Source: Thermoprotei archaeon
GTDB taxonomy: Archaea > Thermoproteota > Thermoprotei > Gearchaeales > WAQG01
Direction: 5' to 3'
NCBI GenBank assembly: GCA_049976445.1
Contig: JBMFIF010000002.1
Location: 5,115-69,114 of the forward strand
DNA: 64,000 bases
How positions within the stretch are numbered: the first letter of the stretch is position 1; each line of letters begins with the position of its first letter. The notes below the pieces were generated by a model. It saw nothing but the letters and a program-made list of their open reading frames with translations, ran no database searches and was not told the DNA's origin. A program made the position numbers and the translations under genes. This document shows positions 41,437 through 52,336 of this stretch, piece after piece.

Positions 41437-42287
41437 AAGTATTCAAATTTAGGTATTATATTATCAAACTGACATTAACATTAGTTGCAATACTAATAGT
41501 CTTTATGATTCTTTATCCATTGATGTATGATATCATGACTTCAATAGTAAGTGGACAAACATTAGTGACAAGCATTAATGATATGACAAAACGTGGTCTA
41601 TCAGTATCGCATTATTTATCAGCCATAACTGATCCACATTTCATTAACGCAACAATAATAAGTATTATGGTAGCATTAGTGAATATCATATTATCACTAC
41701 TAATAATAACACCAGCAGCCTATGCATTTTCAAGGTTTGAGTTTTTCGGAAAGAACACATTACTAATACTTTATCTAATACTTAGTCAAATAGGTGGAGG
41801 GTTTGGAATTGCAAGCGTAATAGCATTGTACGTATTTTTATTAAAACTTAATGCATTAGGGTTACCTGTAATAGGTAATCCATTAGTCTTACCAATCATA
41901 TACACATCCACAGCAGTGCCATTCCAGACGTGGTTAATCAAAAACTATTTTGACTCATTACCTAAAAGTTTAGATGAAGCTGCATTTATAGATGGTGTTA
42001 GATGGAATGATATAATATTCAGAGTGATCTTGCCAGCATCAAAACCAGCTATTATAATCATAGCATTATTTGCATTCATGGGGGCATGGGGAGAATTCAT
42101 AATAGCCAATTTTCTAAGAATTGAGACATTAGCGGCATACATTTATGAAACAGCCACAGGACAAACAATATATTGGAGTGACTTCGCTGCAAGAACACTA
42201 CTTTTCGCAATACCAATAATCATAATGTACGTGTTGACACAAAAATACATAGGAGAAGCAATGAAGTACGGAGCTGGAAAACTCTAA
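41433..42287 (+). CDS. sugar ABC transporter permease (MalG/UgpE-like)
   Basis: 284 aa with 6 TM segments and an EAA loop LDEAAFIDGVRWNDIIFRVILP. A 4-nt overlap with the upstream permease. Confidence 0.75.
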   Translation: MKVFKFRYYIIKLTLTLVAILIVFMILYPLMYDIMTSIVSGQTLVTSINDMTKRGLSVSHYLSAITDPHFINATIISIMVALVNIILSLLIITPAAYAFSRFEFFGKNTLLILYLILSQIGGGFGIASVIALYVFLLKLNALGLPVIGNPLVLPIIYTSTAVPFQTWLIKNYFDSLPKSLDEAAFIDGVRWNDIIFRVILPASKPAIIIIALFAFMGAWGEFIIANFLRIETLAAYIYETATGQTIYWSDFAARTLLFAIPIIIMYVLTQKYIGEAMKYGAGKL

Positions 42288-42389
42288 ATACTTATAACTA
42301 AAATTAAAATCTTATTCTTTATACTAAGTAAGAGTTACCTGTGTTTATGTTTATATTTATTTGTGTTTTTGTGTTATGTGGTGCTAGAA

Positions 42390-43319
42390 ATGGTTAGAAT
42401 TTTGGTTACTGATCAAGTTCATGAAAGTGGTTTAAAATTGCTCAAAGAAAATAATTTTGATGTCGATGTTTTACTGGGAATTGATGAGGGTAATCTTGCG
42501 AGAATTGTTGGTAATTATGATGGATTGATCGTAAGAGGGAGGACTAAAGTTACTGAAAGAGTTTTAGAAAATTCTGGTAAACTTAAAATCATAGTACGAG
42601 CAGGTGTAGGACTTGATAATATAGATTTAAATGTTGCAAAGAAAAAGGGTATTTTTGTATATAATACACCTGGTGCGCCTTCTGTCGCTGTCGCGGAATT
42701 AACTGTTGGTTTAATTGTATGTGTTTTGAGAGGTATTGGTAAGGGTTATTATGATCTCAGGCATGGTAAATGGAGTAAAAATGAACTCATGGGTCGTGAG
42801 ATTCGTGGTAAGGTTGTGAGTATTATAGGGTTTGGGAGGATCGGTTATGAAGTTGCTAAACGTCTTAAAGCGTTTGATGCAAAAATTGTAGTCTATGATG
42901 TAGATAGGAATAGAGAAATTCTTGCAAGAAGTCTTGGTGTTGATTTTGCTAATAGTTTAGAAGAAGCTCTTTCAGTTGGTGATATAGTTACACTTCATGT
43001 GCCTTTATTGCCTGAGACTAGACATTTAATTAATGCTGAGAAAATAAAAATTATGAAACGCGGGGCTTATTTAATCAACGTAGCACGTGGTGAAGTTATT
43101 GATGAAAAAGCTCTACTTGATGCACTAAAGAACGGTCAGTTATCTGGCGTAGCATTGGATGTTTTTTCAGTTGAGCCTCCTAAAGAACCTTGGGAGCTTG
43201 AATTACTTTCTCTTCCAAACGTGATCGCAACGCCACACATAGGAGCTCAAACAATTGAAACTCAAGAGGCTGAATCATTAGAAGCTGCAAAAATCATTAT
43301 AGATTTCTTTAAAAAATAA
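42390..43319 (+). CDS. D-isomer-specific 2-hydroxyacid dehydrogenase (D-3-phosphoglycerate dehydrogenase-like)
   Basis: The NAD-binding GFGRIGYEVAKRL motif and the catalytic His region are present. ATG 42390 (MVRILVTD) is preferred over the GTG at 42363, which lies in a GT-rich tract. Confidence 0.75.
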   Translation: MVRILVTDQVHESGLKLLKENNFDVDVLLGIDEGNLARIVGNYDGLIVRGRTKVTERVLENSGKLKIIVRAGVGLDNIDLNVAKKKGIFVYNTPGAPSVAVAELTVGLIVCVLRGIGKGYYDLRHGKWSKNELMGREIRGKVVSIIGFGRIGYEVAKRLKAFDAKIVVYDVDRNREILARSLGVDFANSLEEALSVGDIVTLHVPLLPETRHLINAEKIKIMKRGAYLINVARGEVIDEKALLDALKNGQLSGVALDVFSVEPPKEPWELELLSLPNVIATPHIGAQTIETQEAESLEAAKIIIDFFKK

Positions 43320-43432
43320 TTTTTTATTAAATTTTGCAAAATTAAAGTGGTTATTGGTTTGCATATACATGATTGTTATTTTATCGTTTGTAAAAATATA
43401 TTAATCAATTAATTTATTTTCAGTATGCTGAA

Positions 43433-44152
43433 ATGAGTGTTGTAGAGCTAAAGAATGTGACAAAGGTTTATAGGTTGCCTGGCGCACCAGAGGTTTGGGC
43501 ATTAAGGAATATAAACTTGAAAGTAAGGAGAGGGGAATTTCTATCTATAATGGGACCTTCAGGTCATGGGAAAACTACATTGCTTCAGATTATAGGTCTG
43601 CTTGATAAACCAACATCTGGAACTGTTATTATAAATGGTGTTGAAGTTAATGGTCTTAGTGATAATGAGCTTGCAAGGTTTAGAAATAAAGTATTAGGAT
43701 TTGTTTTTCAACAGTATAATTTGATTAATAGAATGAGTGTCCTAGAAAATATAGAGATACCATTAATAATAAGAGGGATTCCTAGGAGTAAAAGAATTGA
43801 GATTGTGAAAGAAGCATTAATGATGGTTGGCGGGGATCTTACATGGCTTACTAAAAAGCCTTCTCAATTATCAGGTGGTCAACAACAGAGAGTAGCAATA
43901 GCAAGAGCTATCGTGGGTAATCCAGAAATAATATTAGCGGATGAACCGACTGGTAATCTCGATTCAGAATCTTCTAAGATAATAATGGAAACATTTGTGA
44001 AACTTAATAAAACTGGTAAAACAATAATCATGGTCACGCATAATCCTGAAATTGCCATGTGTAGCGAAAGGATAGTATTAATTAGAGATGGTATCATAGT
44101 TGGTGAAGAAAGATCAGACCCTAGTAAAAGCATTCTTTATGTTAAACGTTAA
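43433..44152 (+). CDS. ABC transporter ATP-binding protein (LolD/MacB/FtsE-like)
   Basis: 239 aa with Walker A GPSGHGKTT, signature LSGGQQQR and Walker B ILADEP. Confidence 0.8.
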   Translation: MSVVELKNVTKVYRLPGAPEVWALRNINLKVRRGEFLSIMGPSGHGKTTLLQIIGLLDKPTSGTVIINGVEVNGLSDNELARFRNKVLGFVFQQYNLINRMSVLENIEIPLIIRGIPRSKRIEIVKEALMMVGGDLTWLTKKPSQLSGGQQQRVAIARAIVGNPEIILADEPTGNLDSESSKIIMETFVKLNKTGKTIIMVTHNPEIAMCSERIVLIRDGIIVGEERSDPSKSILYVKR

Positions 44153-44220
44153 CCTCCTATATTTTGTGAAGATAAACTAAAAACTTAAATTTATCTGAGA
44201 ATTATTAATTTGAGTAAAAA

Positions 44221-47200
44221 ATGAAAAATCGATTTATTGCTGCATTTTTGATGATTTTTATTTTATTGGAGATTCCGCTGTATCTTCAATCTGTGTTTGC
44301 TTCAGGTAATTTTACGTTAGTATCTACATTATGGGGTTCTCAATCTAACCCTCAAAAGGTTTATCCTGGAAGTAGTAATGTAAGATTTATTGTTCTAATT
44401 AGGAATGATTATTCAAATTTAGTCAGTGTTGTTGGGTATCTCAGCTTACCTTATGGATTTTCTGGTACGAATGGTGGAAATGTTTTAAGTGCTGTCGGTT
44501 ACATATCAACAAATAACACTATAAGATATAATATAAATAAGGGGGAAATCTTTGAACTTGATTATTTCTTAAATATAGCTGGCTTTTTAGCTCCGGGCAC
44601 TTATTACGGTAATTTGACCTTGAATTTTACTAACTCTACATTTTCAAACGGTAATTTTACTATGAATGTGCCAATGACAGTTAGTAGTTTTCCAACATTT
44701 AATTTTCAAATTATTAGTGTATACTGGTCAACAACTGGAGGTACTATAGTTAACGCTGTACCTGGCACAAGAAACGTTGAACTTAACGTTATTCTTAAAA
44801 ATATTGGCACTGACAATATCAATAGTATATCGGCTCAACTAATTCTAAACAAGCCATTTAATCCTAATAAAGTTATGAGTAGTGCACAGCAAGTAAATAA
44901 AGGCAGCACGTTTACGCTAACGTTTACAGGTATTTCAATTGATTTTGCCAGCGCACCTGGTAACTATATGGAACAGTTAATGATTAACTCTACTTTTATT
45001 GGATACGGAGGAGCTACTAGCACATACACAAATATGATTAATTTATCATTAGTAATAGGGAACTATTCAAATGCAGGAATACAAATTGTTAGTGTTCAGT
45101 GGAATGGTGGTGAAAAGGTTTATTCCGGATCTAGGAAAGTTTCATTAGATGTAGTAATACAAAACATGGGAAGCTACACAATAAGTAATATGTTATCACG
45201 TATAATTCTTCCTAGTGGTTTCACCAATGCATATGGTTCAAACATAATTAATACAACATCTACTGCTGTCCTAAATTACGGAAATAGTATTACATTAAAC
45301 TTTAGTCCAATATACATAGGTGACTCTACAAAACCTGGTATTTATTATGTTAGACTTGTTATTATGTCAGTTGTTTCAATAGATAACACAAATCTGATAG
45401 CAAAGGATAATTTTACCATACCGATTTATGTTAATGATTTAATAACACCAATTGATCTGGTAAGTGTAGATTGGTCTTATAATGGAAATCCAGCACCTGC
45501 TTTACCAGGATCGCAATATGTAATACTGTCAATCACTTTTGTAAATAGAGGAGAAGATACATATTCAGGTTTTCAACCGAGGTTAATACTACCCCGAGGT
45601 TTTACGGTCTTTGGAACTAGTGCAGATCCTGGTCCTATTACGCCAGGTTCAATATTTACGGTTAGATCTTATGTGAATGTTAGTGATACCGTATTACCAG
45701 GGAATTATATTGCGAATTTAACTTTAAGGTTTAGTGTAAATCCATCAGGTATAAATACTGTTGGATCGATGAACTTCTCAATACCACTTTACATAATGGA
45801 TCCTAAAGGTTTTGATACCAAAATATCCATAGTAAATGCTTATTGGGGCACTGGTACCCCTAATCCAGTTTATCCAGGATCTAAAAATGTACCTTTAACT
45901 GTTGAGATTGTTAATGTTGGACTTTATACAGCACAAGCTGTTCAAATAGGTATTTCTGCTCCTGAAACTTTCACACCAATAATTAATTCAACTAGCGTCA
46001 CATCTACATTACCTTCAGGTTCCTTTGCCTCTGCTGTCTTGTATTTTGATATATCACCACATACTACTCCAGGATCTTATGTGTTCTTAGTGAACGTGAA
46101 ATATTTTATAAGTGTTTATGGTGCAACAATATATAGATATGTTAAATTTGTTTTTGTATTGTATGTATCTCAACCAACTTCAGGGCCTCCATATATTAAT
46201 GTAGTTAATTCGGGTTGGCTTAATAATTATCCTGTATATCCTGGGACTCAGAATGCTACATTCAGTTTAACTATAAACAATGAGGCGCCATTTCCGATTG
46301 CTGGGATTCATTTAAAACTTGTTTTACCTAGAGGATTTACACCTGGAGTCAATGGAGTAGAATCATACATAGGAGGCCCAATACAGCAATGGCAAACAGC
46401 GTCTGCAAGTTTTAGTATAAATGTTAATGCGAGCACATTACCTGGATTATATACTGCATCCTTAAAAATTGATTATATTTTATTGAGTGGAGGAAATAAC
46501 TTAAAGAATAGCGAAGAGAAAGAGATAGTACTACGTGTAAACTCGTTAAAAGGTTTTGAATATATTACATATAATTGGGTCGGATATGCTCCGAACCCGG
46601 GTAATGTAGGAGCTACTTTGATTGTTCTTGTCAGAAATACAGAGGTGCCAACTATGAAGGGAATCGTTGCAGAGATTCAGTTACCAAAAGGTTTTAACTC
46701 TACAATAACTGGGACAAGAGTTTTTAATGTAACACCTTATATATTTACTTCTATAAATCAGGTTCAGAATTTATTACAACGCACACCTGTTTCTAGCTTA
46801 CAATTTATGGTTCCTCAACAAGCAACACAAGCAAATCTCGGAGATTTCCTGGCAATACCTATATCAGTATCTATTAACAAAAATGTAACCCCAGGCTATT
46901 ATCCGATAATAATAAAGCTTAATTTTTTAGATCAATGGAATGTTGTTAGGAACGTTATAGTTAATGGAGACTTCTGGCTACCAGGTTCATCAAACATTAT
47001 TCAAGTTGTAGAAGGAAAATCTAAGTTATTAGTTGGTAATAGGACTGCAGAAATCAATATATATCTTAGGAATAATGGTTCATCGTCAGTTTACAACGTG
47101 TATGTTGCAATAACTAACATGGAAGCACCAATCTCGATATCGTCAACTGTGAAATATATACCTATAATTGGGCCCAATTCTGAAGTGCCCGTATCATGGG

Positions 47201-47799
47201 TTGTATCCGTAAGCCCTTCAATCAGTTATTTGGGGTCAGTACCGATAGTACTTTCAATTACTTTTGTAGATCCTGCAGGCTTCAGGCATAATATTACTCA
47301 GACAGCAATTCTTTTCATAGAAGGTCTTGCTGAAATAAAGTTCGTTGATGTAACCGTGGAGCCAAAACCTATCTATTTAGGTTCCACAATAACAATATCG
47401 GCAACATTAATCAACTTAGGAACTTATAAGGCCGGAAACGTTGAGGCATGGTTAGAGGGTAATGACATAATTACACTTTCTAATTCATATACGTTTGTGG
47501 GTGATATAGATGTTGGTTCGCAAATACCGATAAGTTTATCAGCTAATATAAGCAACAAAGCTGTAAATAAAACAATCGTGTATATAGTAATTAAATTTAA
47601 GAATGTTTTTAATGAAATAACGACTGAACGGTATCCGATAGTTCTGAACATTACATATAAACCTCCACAGACGCAAACACAAGCGCAGAGTCTTATTTTA
47701 CCAAATGTATACGAACTTTTAATAATTGTAGCTACTGTTATATTCCTATCAGTAAGTGGATATATGATCTATCTCTTGTATAAGAAAACAAAGCATTAA
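44221..47799 (+). CDS. giant cell-surface protein with about 9-10 tandem CARDB/COG1361-like beta-sandwich repeats and a C-terminal membrane anchor
   Basis: 1192 aa with a signal peptide. It has recurring ~110-aa units, each carrying V/YPGS.NV...L.V.I.N.G (for example VYPGSSNVRFIVLIRN and VYPGSKNVPLTVEIVNVG). A C-terminal TM helix is followed by a KKTKH tail. Confidence 0.6.
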   Translation: MKNRFIAAFLMIFILLEIPLYLQSVFASGNFTLVSTLWGSQSNPQKVYPGSSNVRFIVLIRNDYSNLVSVVGYLSLPYGFSGTNGGNVLSAVGYISTNNTIRYNINKGEIFELDYFLNIAGFLAPGTYYGNLTLNFTNSTFSNGNFTMNVPMTVSSFPTFNFQIISVYWSTTGGTIVNAVPGTRNVELNVILKNIGTDNINSISAQLILNKPFNPNKVMSSAQQVNKGSTFTLTFTGISIDFASAPGNYMEQLMINSTFIGYGGATSTYTNMINLSLVIGNYSNAGIQIVSVQWNGGEKVYSGSRKVSLDVVIQNMGSYTISNMLSRIILPSGFTNAYGSNIINTTSTAVLNYGNSITLNFSPIYIGDSTKPGIYYVRLVIMSVVSIDNTNLIAKDNFTIPIYVNDLITPIDLVSVDWSYNGNPAPALPGSQYVILSITFVNRGEDTYSGFQPRLILPRGFTVFGTSADPGPITPGSIFTVRSYVNVSDTVLPGNYIANLTLRFSVNPSGINTVGSMNFSIPLYIMDPKGFDTKISIVNAYWGTGTPNPVYPGSKNVPLTVEIVNVGLYTAQAVQIGISAPETFTPIINSTSVTSTLPSGSFASAVLYFDISPHTTPGSYVFLVNVKYFISVYGATIYRYVKFVFVLYVSQPTSGPPYINVVNSGWLNNYPVYPGTQNATFSLTINNEAPFPIAGIHLKLVLPRGFTPGVNGVESYIGGPIQQWQTASASFSINVNASTLPGLYTASLKIDYILLSGGNNLKNSEEKEIVLRVNSLKGFEYITYNWVGYAPNPGNVGATLIVLVRNTEVPTMKGIVAEIQLPKGFNSTITGTRVFNVTPYIFTSINQVQNLLQRTPVSSLQFMVPQQATQANLGDFLAIPISVSINKNVTPGYYPIIIKLNFLDQWNVVRNVIVNGDFWLPGSSNIIQVVEGKSKLLVGNRTAEINIYLRNNGSSSVYNVYVAITNMEAPISISSTVKYIPIIGPNSEVPVSWVVSVSPSISYLGSVPIVLSITFVDPAGFRHNITQTAILFIEGLAEIKFVDVTVEPKPIYLGSTITISATLINLGTYKAGNVEAWLEGNDIITLSNSYTFVGDIDVGSQIPISLSANISNKAVNKTIVYIVIKFKNVFNEITTERYPIVLNITYKPPQTQTQAQSLILPNVYELLIIVATVIFLSVSGYMIYLLYKKTKH

Positions 47800-47809
47800 G
47801 TGATTATTT

Positions 47810-49027
47810 ATGATAAGGGTTAGTGATATTTTTAGATTCGCTTTCTCGATACTAACTGAAAAGAAATTAAGAGCTATTTTAACTATTATAGGAATAGCAA
47901 TAGGCCCTGCTGCTATGGTCACGATAATAGGTACAACCCAAGGATACTCGTTAACTATAGTAAATAGTCTCACTTCATTAGGCCAGAACATTATTGTAGC
48001 TTTTCCTGAGAAAGGTTATAGTTTTACTGATAATACAGTTAACACTCTTAAATCATTAAGCTATGTGAAAACAGCAATACCATTTTATACTTCACAAGGT
48101 ATAATAAAAAGATCTGACGGATCACAACTTACTGTTTCAATTTATGCCACTAACCTAGATGAATTGTTTAAAGCCGTTTCTAGTTTAGAACTTGAAAGTG
48201 GTATTATTCCTAATCCTACATCATACACATCAGGCATATTAGGTCATGATATAGTATATAAGGATAATAATAAGTTGATCAATGTGGGCGATTCCGTAGG
48301 AATAAAGATTGTCATTGCAAAAGGTAATAATTTAGAAGTAAAAAATATCAATGTAAGGATTTCTGGTATATTAAGTAAATACGGCAGTGCATTAGTCCTT
48401 AACCCTGATTCAACACTATTTTTGCCTCTTCAAGCCGGTCGCTCATTACTATCGATGAACAACTACAGTGGAATATTGGTCGTTGCAGTAGATAGTTCGC
48501 ATGTGGTGAATATAGTCGATGAAATCAAAAATAAATATCAAGATTTAGTAACCACATTTGCATTCCAACAGATTGCTAATATAATTAGTTCAGTCGTAGA
48601 TACATTAAACTTTCTGCTTTTTGCTTTATCTTCATCAGCATTTAGTGTAGCAGTTACTGGAACAATGGCTACCATGTTCACATCTGTGATAGAAAGAAGC
48701 AAAGAGATAGGCGTGCTTAAAGCAATGGGATATTCGAATGCGCTTGTTCTATTGTTAATCACAACTGAGGCACTTTTAATGAGTTTATTAGGGGGCATAA
48801 TGGGAGTAATAATTGGAGCTATTGGAGCTAACATCCTTTCTTCGGCAGGTTCGTTTGTAATTAGGGGAGTAAGCGAATCAATAACAATAAAAGCAGGGCC
48901 TTTAATAACTATTGATCTAATATTAAGGTCTATAGGTATGGCTATAGTTGTTGGTATAATAGGGGGTTTCATACCAGCTTATAGAGCATCTAAGATACAA
49001 CCAGCTATTGCACTTAGATACGAGTAA
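47810..49027 (+). CDS. ABC transporter permease, FtsX/MacB-like
   Basis: 405 aa. An N-terminal TM helix and a large extracytoplasmic domain are followed by a C-terminal 3-TM FtsX-type domain. Confidence 0.7.
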   Translation: MIRVSDIFRFAFSILTEKKLRAILTIIGIAIGPAAMVTIIGTTQGYSLTIVNSLTSLGQNIIVAFPEKGYSFTDNTVNTLKSLSYVKTAIPFYTSQGIIKRSDGSQLTVSIYATNLDELFKAVSSLELESGIIPNPTSYTSGILGHDIVYKDNNKLINVGDSVGIKIVIAKGNNLEVKNINVRISGILSKYGSALVLNPDSTLFLPLQAGRSLLSMNNYSGILVVAVDSSHVVNIVDEIKNKYQDLVTTFAFQQIANIISSVVDTLNFLLFALSSSAFSVAVTGTMATMFTSVIERSKEIGVLKAMGYSNALVLLLITTEALLMSLLGGIMGVIIGAIGANILSSAGSFVIRGVSESITIKAGPLITIDLILRSIGMAIVVGIIGGFIPAYRASKIQPAIALRYE

Positions 49028-49038
49028 TAGTTTAATTT

Positions 49039-50127
49039 TTAAGTATCTTTCTCCATGCTTTTTATTTTCTTTAATATGTAACGGTCTATTATTGCTGTTA
49101 GACCGTATTTACTGAATGCTTCAAGTTCAGCTTTTAGGCCTATCTTCTTAAATGCTCTAAGTTGTTCTGCCCATATGCCATCGCTATATCTAGGGTCTCT
49201 TTCTAATGTTATTAAACGTTGTACATCGATAGTGTTTAGTTTAAGTGCAGGTAAGTCGTATTTTTTAATATCTGTTGCCCATATGCCCACCCACTTGGCA
49301 TTAGGTGTTGCTAGAAATGGTATATGAGCTGCTTGTGCTGATCCTGATGTGATGACCCTTGCGATGTGCATTCCCCATGGATCCGCATCGGTAAGAATGT
49401 ATACCGGTAGTCCTAATTCTTCATGTAATCTTCTTATGACAATTCTGGTAAATCTTGGTGCTTGGCCTCCGGTATCTATAAGGATTGCATTTAGTTTGTT
49501 GTAAAGCCCTTCTTCTATGAATCTTCTAAACATTGCTCCTTTTTCTACAGCTATAACCATTCTTGCGTTTGTTTCGATGAATTTTGCTGTTGCAATAGAA
49601 AGTCCTATGTTTTTGCCATCAGGATCTGACATTAAGTTTACCTTTAATCCTGCGTGGCTTTCAGGTGTTGTATATTCAATGGTCAAATCACCAAATATCG
49701 AGCTTTTCTCTTCAGGTAGAATGTTAAATGTTTCGCGTGGTACACCTAGTATGCTTTCTAGCTCAACAACTACATTATCTGATTCATCTTGTTCATCAAA
49801 CTTGATTGCTTCGTCGTTGAATGAATGATAGTATAGATCTCTGAGACTGCACGATTTGCCCTTATCTACTAGATTTGTTTTTGCAAAAGCTGCAACCCAC
49901 ATTAATCTTGCGAATGCCTTTGATTGTTTTATGTTTGAACTGCTCCTTATTGACATTTTTTCTCCTAATTTTACTACTCCTTTTTCTGGGTCATATATGA
50001 TGTTTGAAACGCTTCTTACAGGCAGTTTTATTTTTGGATATAAACCAGATTCTAACTGTTTATATACTTCAAGACCAAGAAGTCTTAATCGTTCCGATAT
50101 ATTCATTCTATCGTTATTCATACTCAT
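49039..50127 (-). CDS. top6A: DNA topoisomerase VI subunit A (Spo11-like)
   Basis: 362 aa with a CAP/5Y region (SLRDLYY) and a Toprim domain with acidic residues (ILTDADPWG). Confidence 0.8.
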   Translation of the reverse strand: MSMNNDRMNISERLRLLGLEVYKQLESGLYPKIKLPVRSVSNIIYDPEKGVVKLGEKMSIRSSSNIKQSKAFARLMWVAAFAKTNLVDKGKSCSLRDLYYHSFNDEAIKFDEQDESDNVVVELESILGVPRETFNILPEEKSSIFGDLTIEYTTPESHAGLKVNLMSDPDGKNIGLSIATAKFIETNARMVIAVEKGAMFRRFIEEGLYNKLNAILIDTGGQAPRFTRIVIRRLHEELGLPVYILTDADPWGMHIARVITSGSAQAAHIPFLATPNAKWVGIWATDIKKYDLPALKLNTIDVQRLITLERDPRYSDGIWAEQLRAFKKIGLKAELEAFSKYGLTAIIDRYILKKIKSMEKDT

Positions 50128-51683
50128 TGTTTTGCTACCTCCTCTATTTGAGTTTCAGTAAGTACTGGTTCAGGTAATCCTGTAAGTTCAGAAGAATACT
50201 TGGCAATGAGCTTTAAATATTTACTTAAAACATTGAGTCGTGTACGATTTATCTCTTCAAAGCGTTTCTTATTTAGATATGCAGATAAGTGTCTTGCATT
50301 TTCTCTTAATCCAAGCTCTATTTCTCTTGCTACCTCAGGCTGTTCTGCGATGTACTCTTTTCCTACAGTCTTATAAGGTATTTTTGTGGAACAAATGTGG
50401 ACAAAGAATGCGATGGGTTCATTGTAGATTTTAATCTTGTAATTGTTCCAGTCAATCCTTTTAATAACTTTCATTGAGACATCACTGTATACATCATAAA
50501 GGAGTGGAATTTTATTAGCAAACCTGTAAAGATTTACCTCACCTTCGCCTGCAGGTTGTATTTTTCCTCCATAAGCAATTGCAGTTTCAACAATAAATGG
50601 ATGACCTTCATAAGATGATGGAGGTCTTTGAACAGCATGCACAAATTCTGCACCTGTAGATTCTTTAATGCCAATTTTTAATAGGTCTTCACCTATGGGT
50701 GAAAGACCAGATGCATCAGGAGGTAAAAATTCGCTAAAGTTTTTCATTGCCGCAGAAAGCTTTACTATCATATCCTGGTTTAATTTTTCAACACGCAGAT
50801 CTGGCTGAAAACCTACATACTCTAGGAATTTTTCTGCTTTCTTAGGACCCACACGCTGAAAATTCTCTATTAAAAATTCTTTTAGAGTCATACCTTTAGA
50901 TTTCGTTATCAACCTTTTTAATAACTCTACATCTACACCATGCGGATGTGGTAAGATTTCATGTGGTTTCTTTGGCATATTTTCTGTCTTTCTTTCAAAC
51001 GTATACATCACACCATCTGGATCAATAAACCTGATCGATGCGTAAGGTAGTATCATAGATGTTTGCCACAAATACTCTATTATACGATTTTTTGCTTTAT
51101 AATAATCTCCTATAAAAGAAAAGCTTATCATTGTTCCATGCCAATCATCCGTGTTCTCAAGTATTTTTCTTTTAAGTTGTAAAGGTTTATTTCTGGTTAT
51201 GTCTATCATTAATTCATAGTAATAAATAAACCGAGATCCTAATGTTGCGGATGCGACTTCAACTGTAGTATTAGTGGTAATTTGCCCATAAAGTATAGCC
51301 ATTTTGCCGCCTAGGCCAAATAATCCTCTGGCTTGTCTTAACCTGTATTTAGAACCATAAAAAACTTGCCCAAACGCTGAAGGAATATGCTCTTGAGGAA
51401 CTCCACCACCATTATCTATAACACGTATTTTAAGTAATTCTCCATTCTCCGTCATTTTGCTAGTAAGCACTCCGTTAGTGTCATCAACTTTTATCATGCG
51501 TATTTCAACATCAGGAGGTATTCCATTATTCTCACATGAATCTAAAGAATTCTCGACAAGTTCCCTGAGTATTGTATATGTAGCTCTGGCAGAATTGTCA
51601 AAGCCCGCTATTTCCTTGTTTCTATAGAAAAAATCAGCAGGAGAAATGGATTCATACTTTTCTTCTATCAAATCAAGCTTCAC
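50124..51683 (-). CDS. top6B: DNA topoisomerase VI subunit B (GHKL ATPase)
   Basis: 519 aa with Bergerat-fold motifs (ELVENSLDS, IDNGGGVP, GLFGLGGK). A 4-nt overlap with top6A. Confidence 0.85.
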   Translation of the reverse strand: MKLDLIEEKYESISPADFFYRNKEIAGFDNSARATYTILRELVENSLDSCENNGIPPDVEIRMIKVDDTNGVLTSKMTENGELLKIRVIDNGGGVPQEHIPSAFGQVFYGSKYRLRQARGLFGLGGKMAILYGQITTNTTVEVASATLGSRFIYYYELMIDITRNKPLQLKRKILENTDDWHGTMISFSFIGDYYKAKNRIIEYLWQTSMILPYASIRFIDPDGVMYTFERKTENMPKKPHEILPHPHGVDVELLKRLITKSKGMTLKEFLIENFQRVGPKKAEKFLEYVGFQPDLRVEKLNQDMIVKLSAAMKNFSEFLPPDASGLSPIGEDLLKIGIKESTGAEFVHAVQRPPSSYEGHPFIVETAIAYGGKIQPAGEGEVNLYRFANKIPLLYDVYSDVSMKVIKRIDWNNYKIKIYNEPIAFFVHICSTKIPYKTVGKEYIAEQPEVAREIELGLRENARHLSAYLNKKRFEEINRTRLNVLSKYLKLIAKYSSELTGLPEPVLTETQIEEVAKQ

Positions 51684-52317
51684 CTCCTAAACTTTTTAAT
51701 GATCTTATTTTCTGAGCTGACTTAAAGCGTTCTAAGAATCTATAAACTGCAGTATGCGGCGAACCATCAATCAACATTTCTATAGCCCTTTTAGCTGCTT
51801 GAAGTTGCTCAAAATTACCTATTATGACTACCTCATTATTGCTAATACTAATACTTGCACCAGTAAACTCGATTATTGTGGATTTAGTCTTACCACCAGC
51901 TCCGATAATTCTCCCCTTCACTCTAGTAATGTCATTAGACGATGATAAATAGTCCTTAAGATTTATTATTTCCATAAAAGTATCAGGGTCTCGTAACCTT
52001 AATGTATCGTTTGGATCAAATCCGTATCCGTAGGCTTGGATCATTTCTCTTGCTCTTATTATATCGCTCTGTCTAGAATCTTTATCAACATCAATAGTAA
52101 TTTCACCAGTCTCTCTCTTTACAGTAATTTTGGTTCCAGTAACTTTTTCTACCTCACGAATAAACCAAGAATCTTTACCTAGTATAGATTTAAGACGAGT
52201 CTCAGGAATACTAATAACAATCCTTGAAGGATACATACTGCTCACTGCCAATCCAAAATAAATTATACTTAATCTTATTTTTATCTTGTTACCACAACTG
52301 TTTAAAGGTACAGTCAA
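51673..52317 (-). CDS. KH-domain RNA-binding protein (Dim2/Krr1-like, two KH modules)
   Basis: 214 aa. RIIGAGGKTKSTI carries the GxxG loop of a KH type I domain, and a second KH-like segment lies N-terminal to it. Confidence 0.5.
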   Translation of the reverse strand: MTVPLNSCGNKIKIRLSIIYFGLAVSSMYPSRIVISIPETRLKSILGKDSWFIREVEKVTGTKITVKRETGEITIDVDKDSRQSDIIRAREMIQAYGYGFDPNDTLRLRDPDTFMEIINLKDYLSSSNDITRVKGRIIGAGGKTKSTIIEFTGASISISNNEVVIIGNFEQLQAAKRAIEMLIDGSPHTAVYRFLERFKSAQKIRSLKSLGGEA

Positions 52318-52336
52318 TGAATATAAATGAAATATT

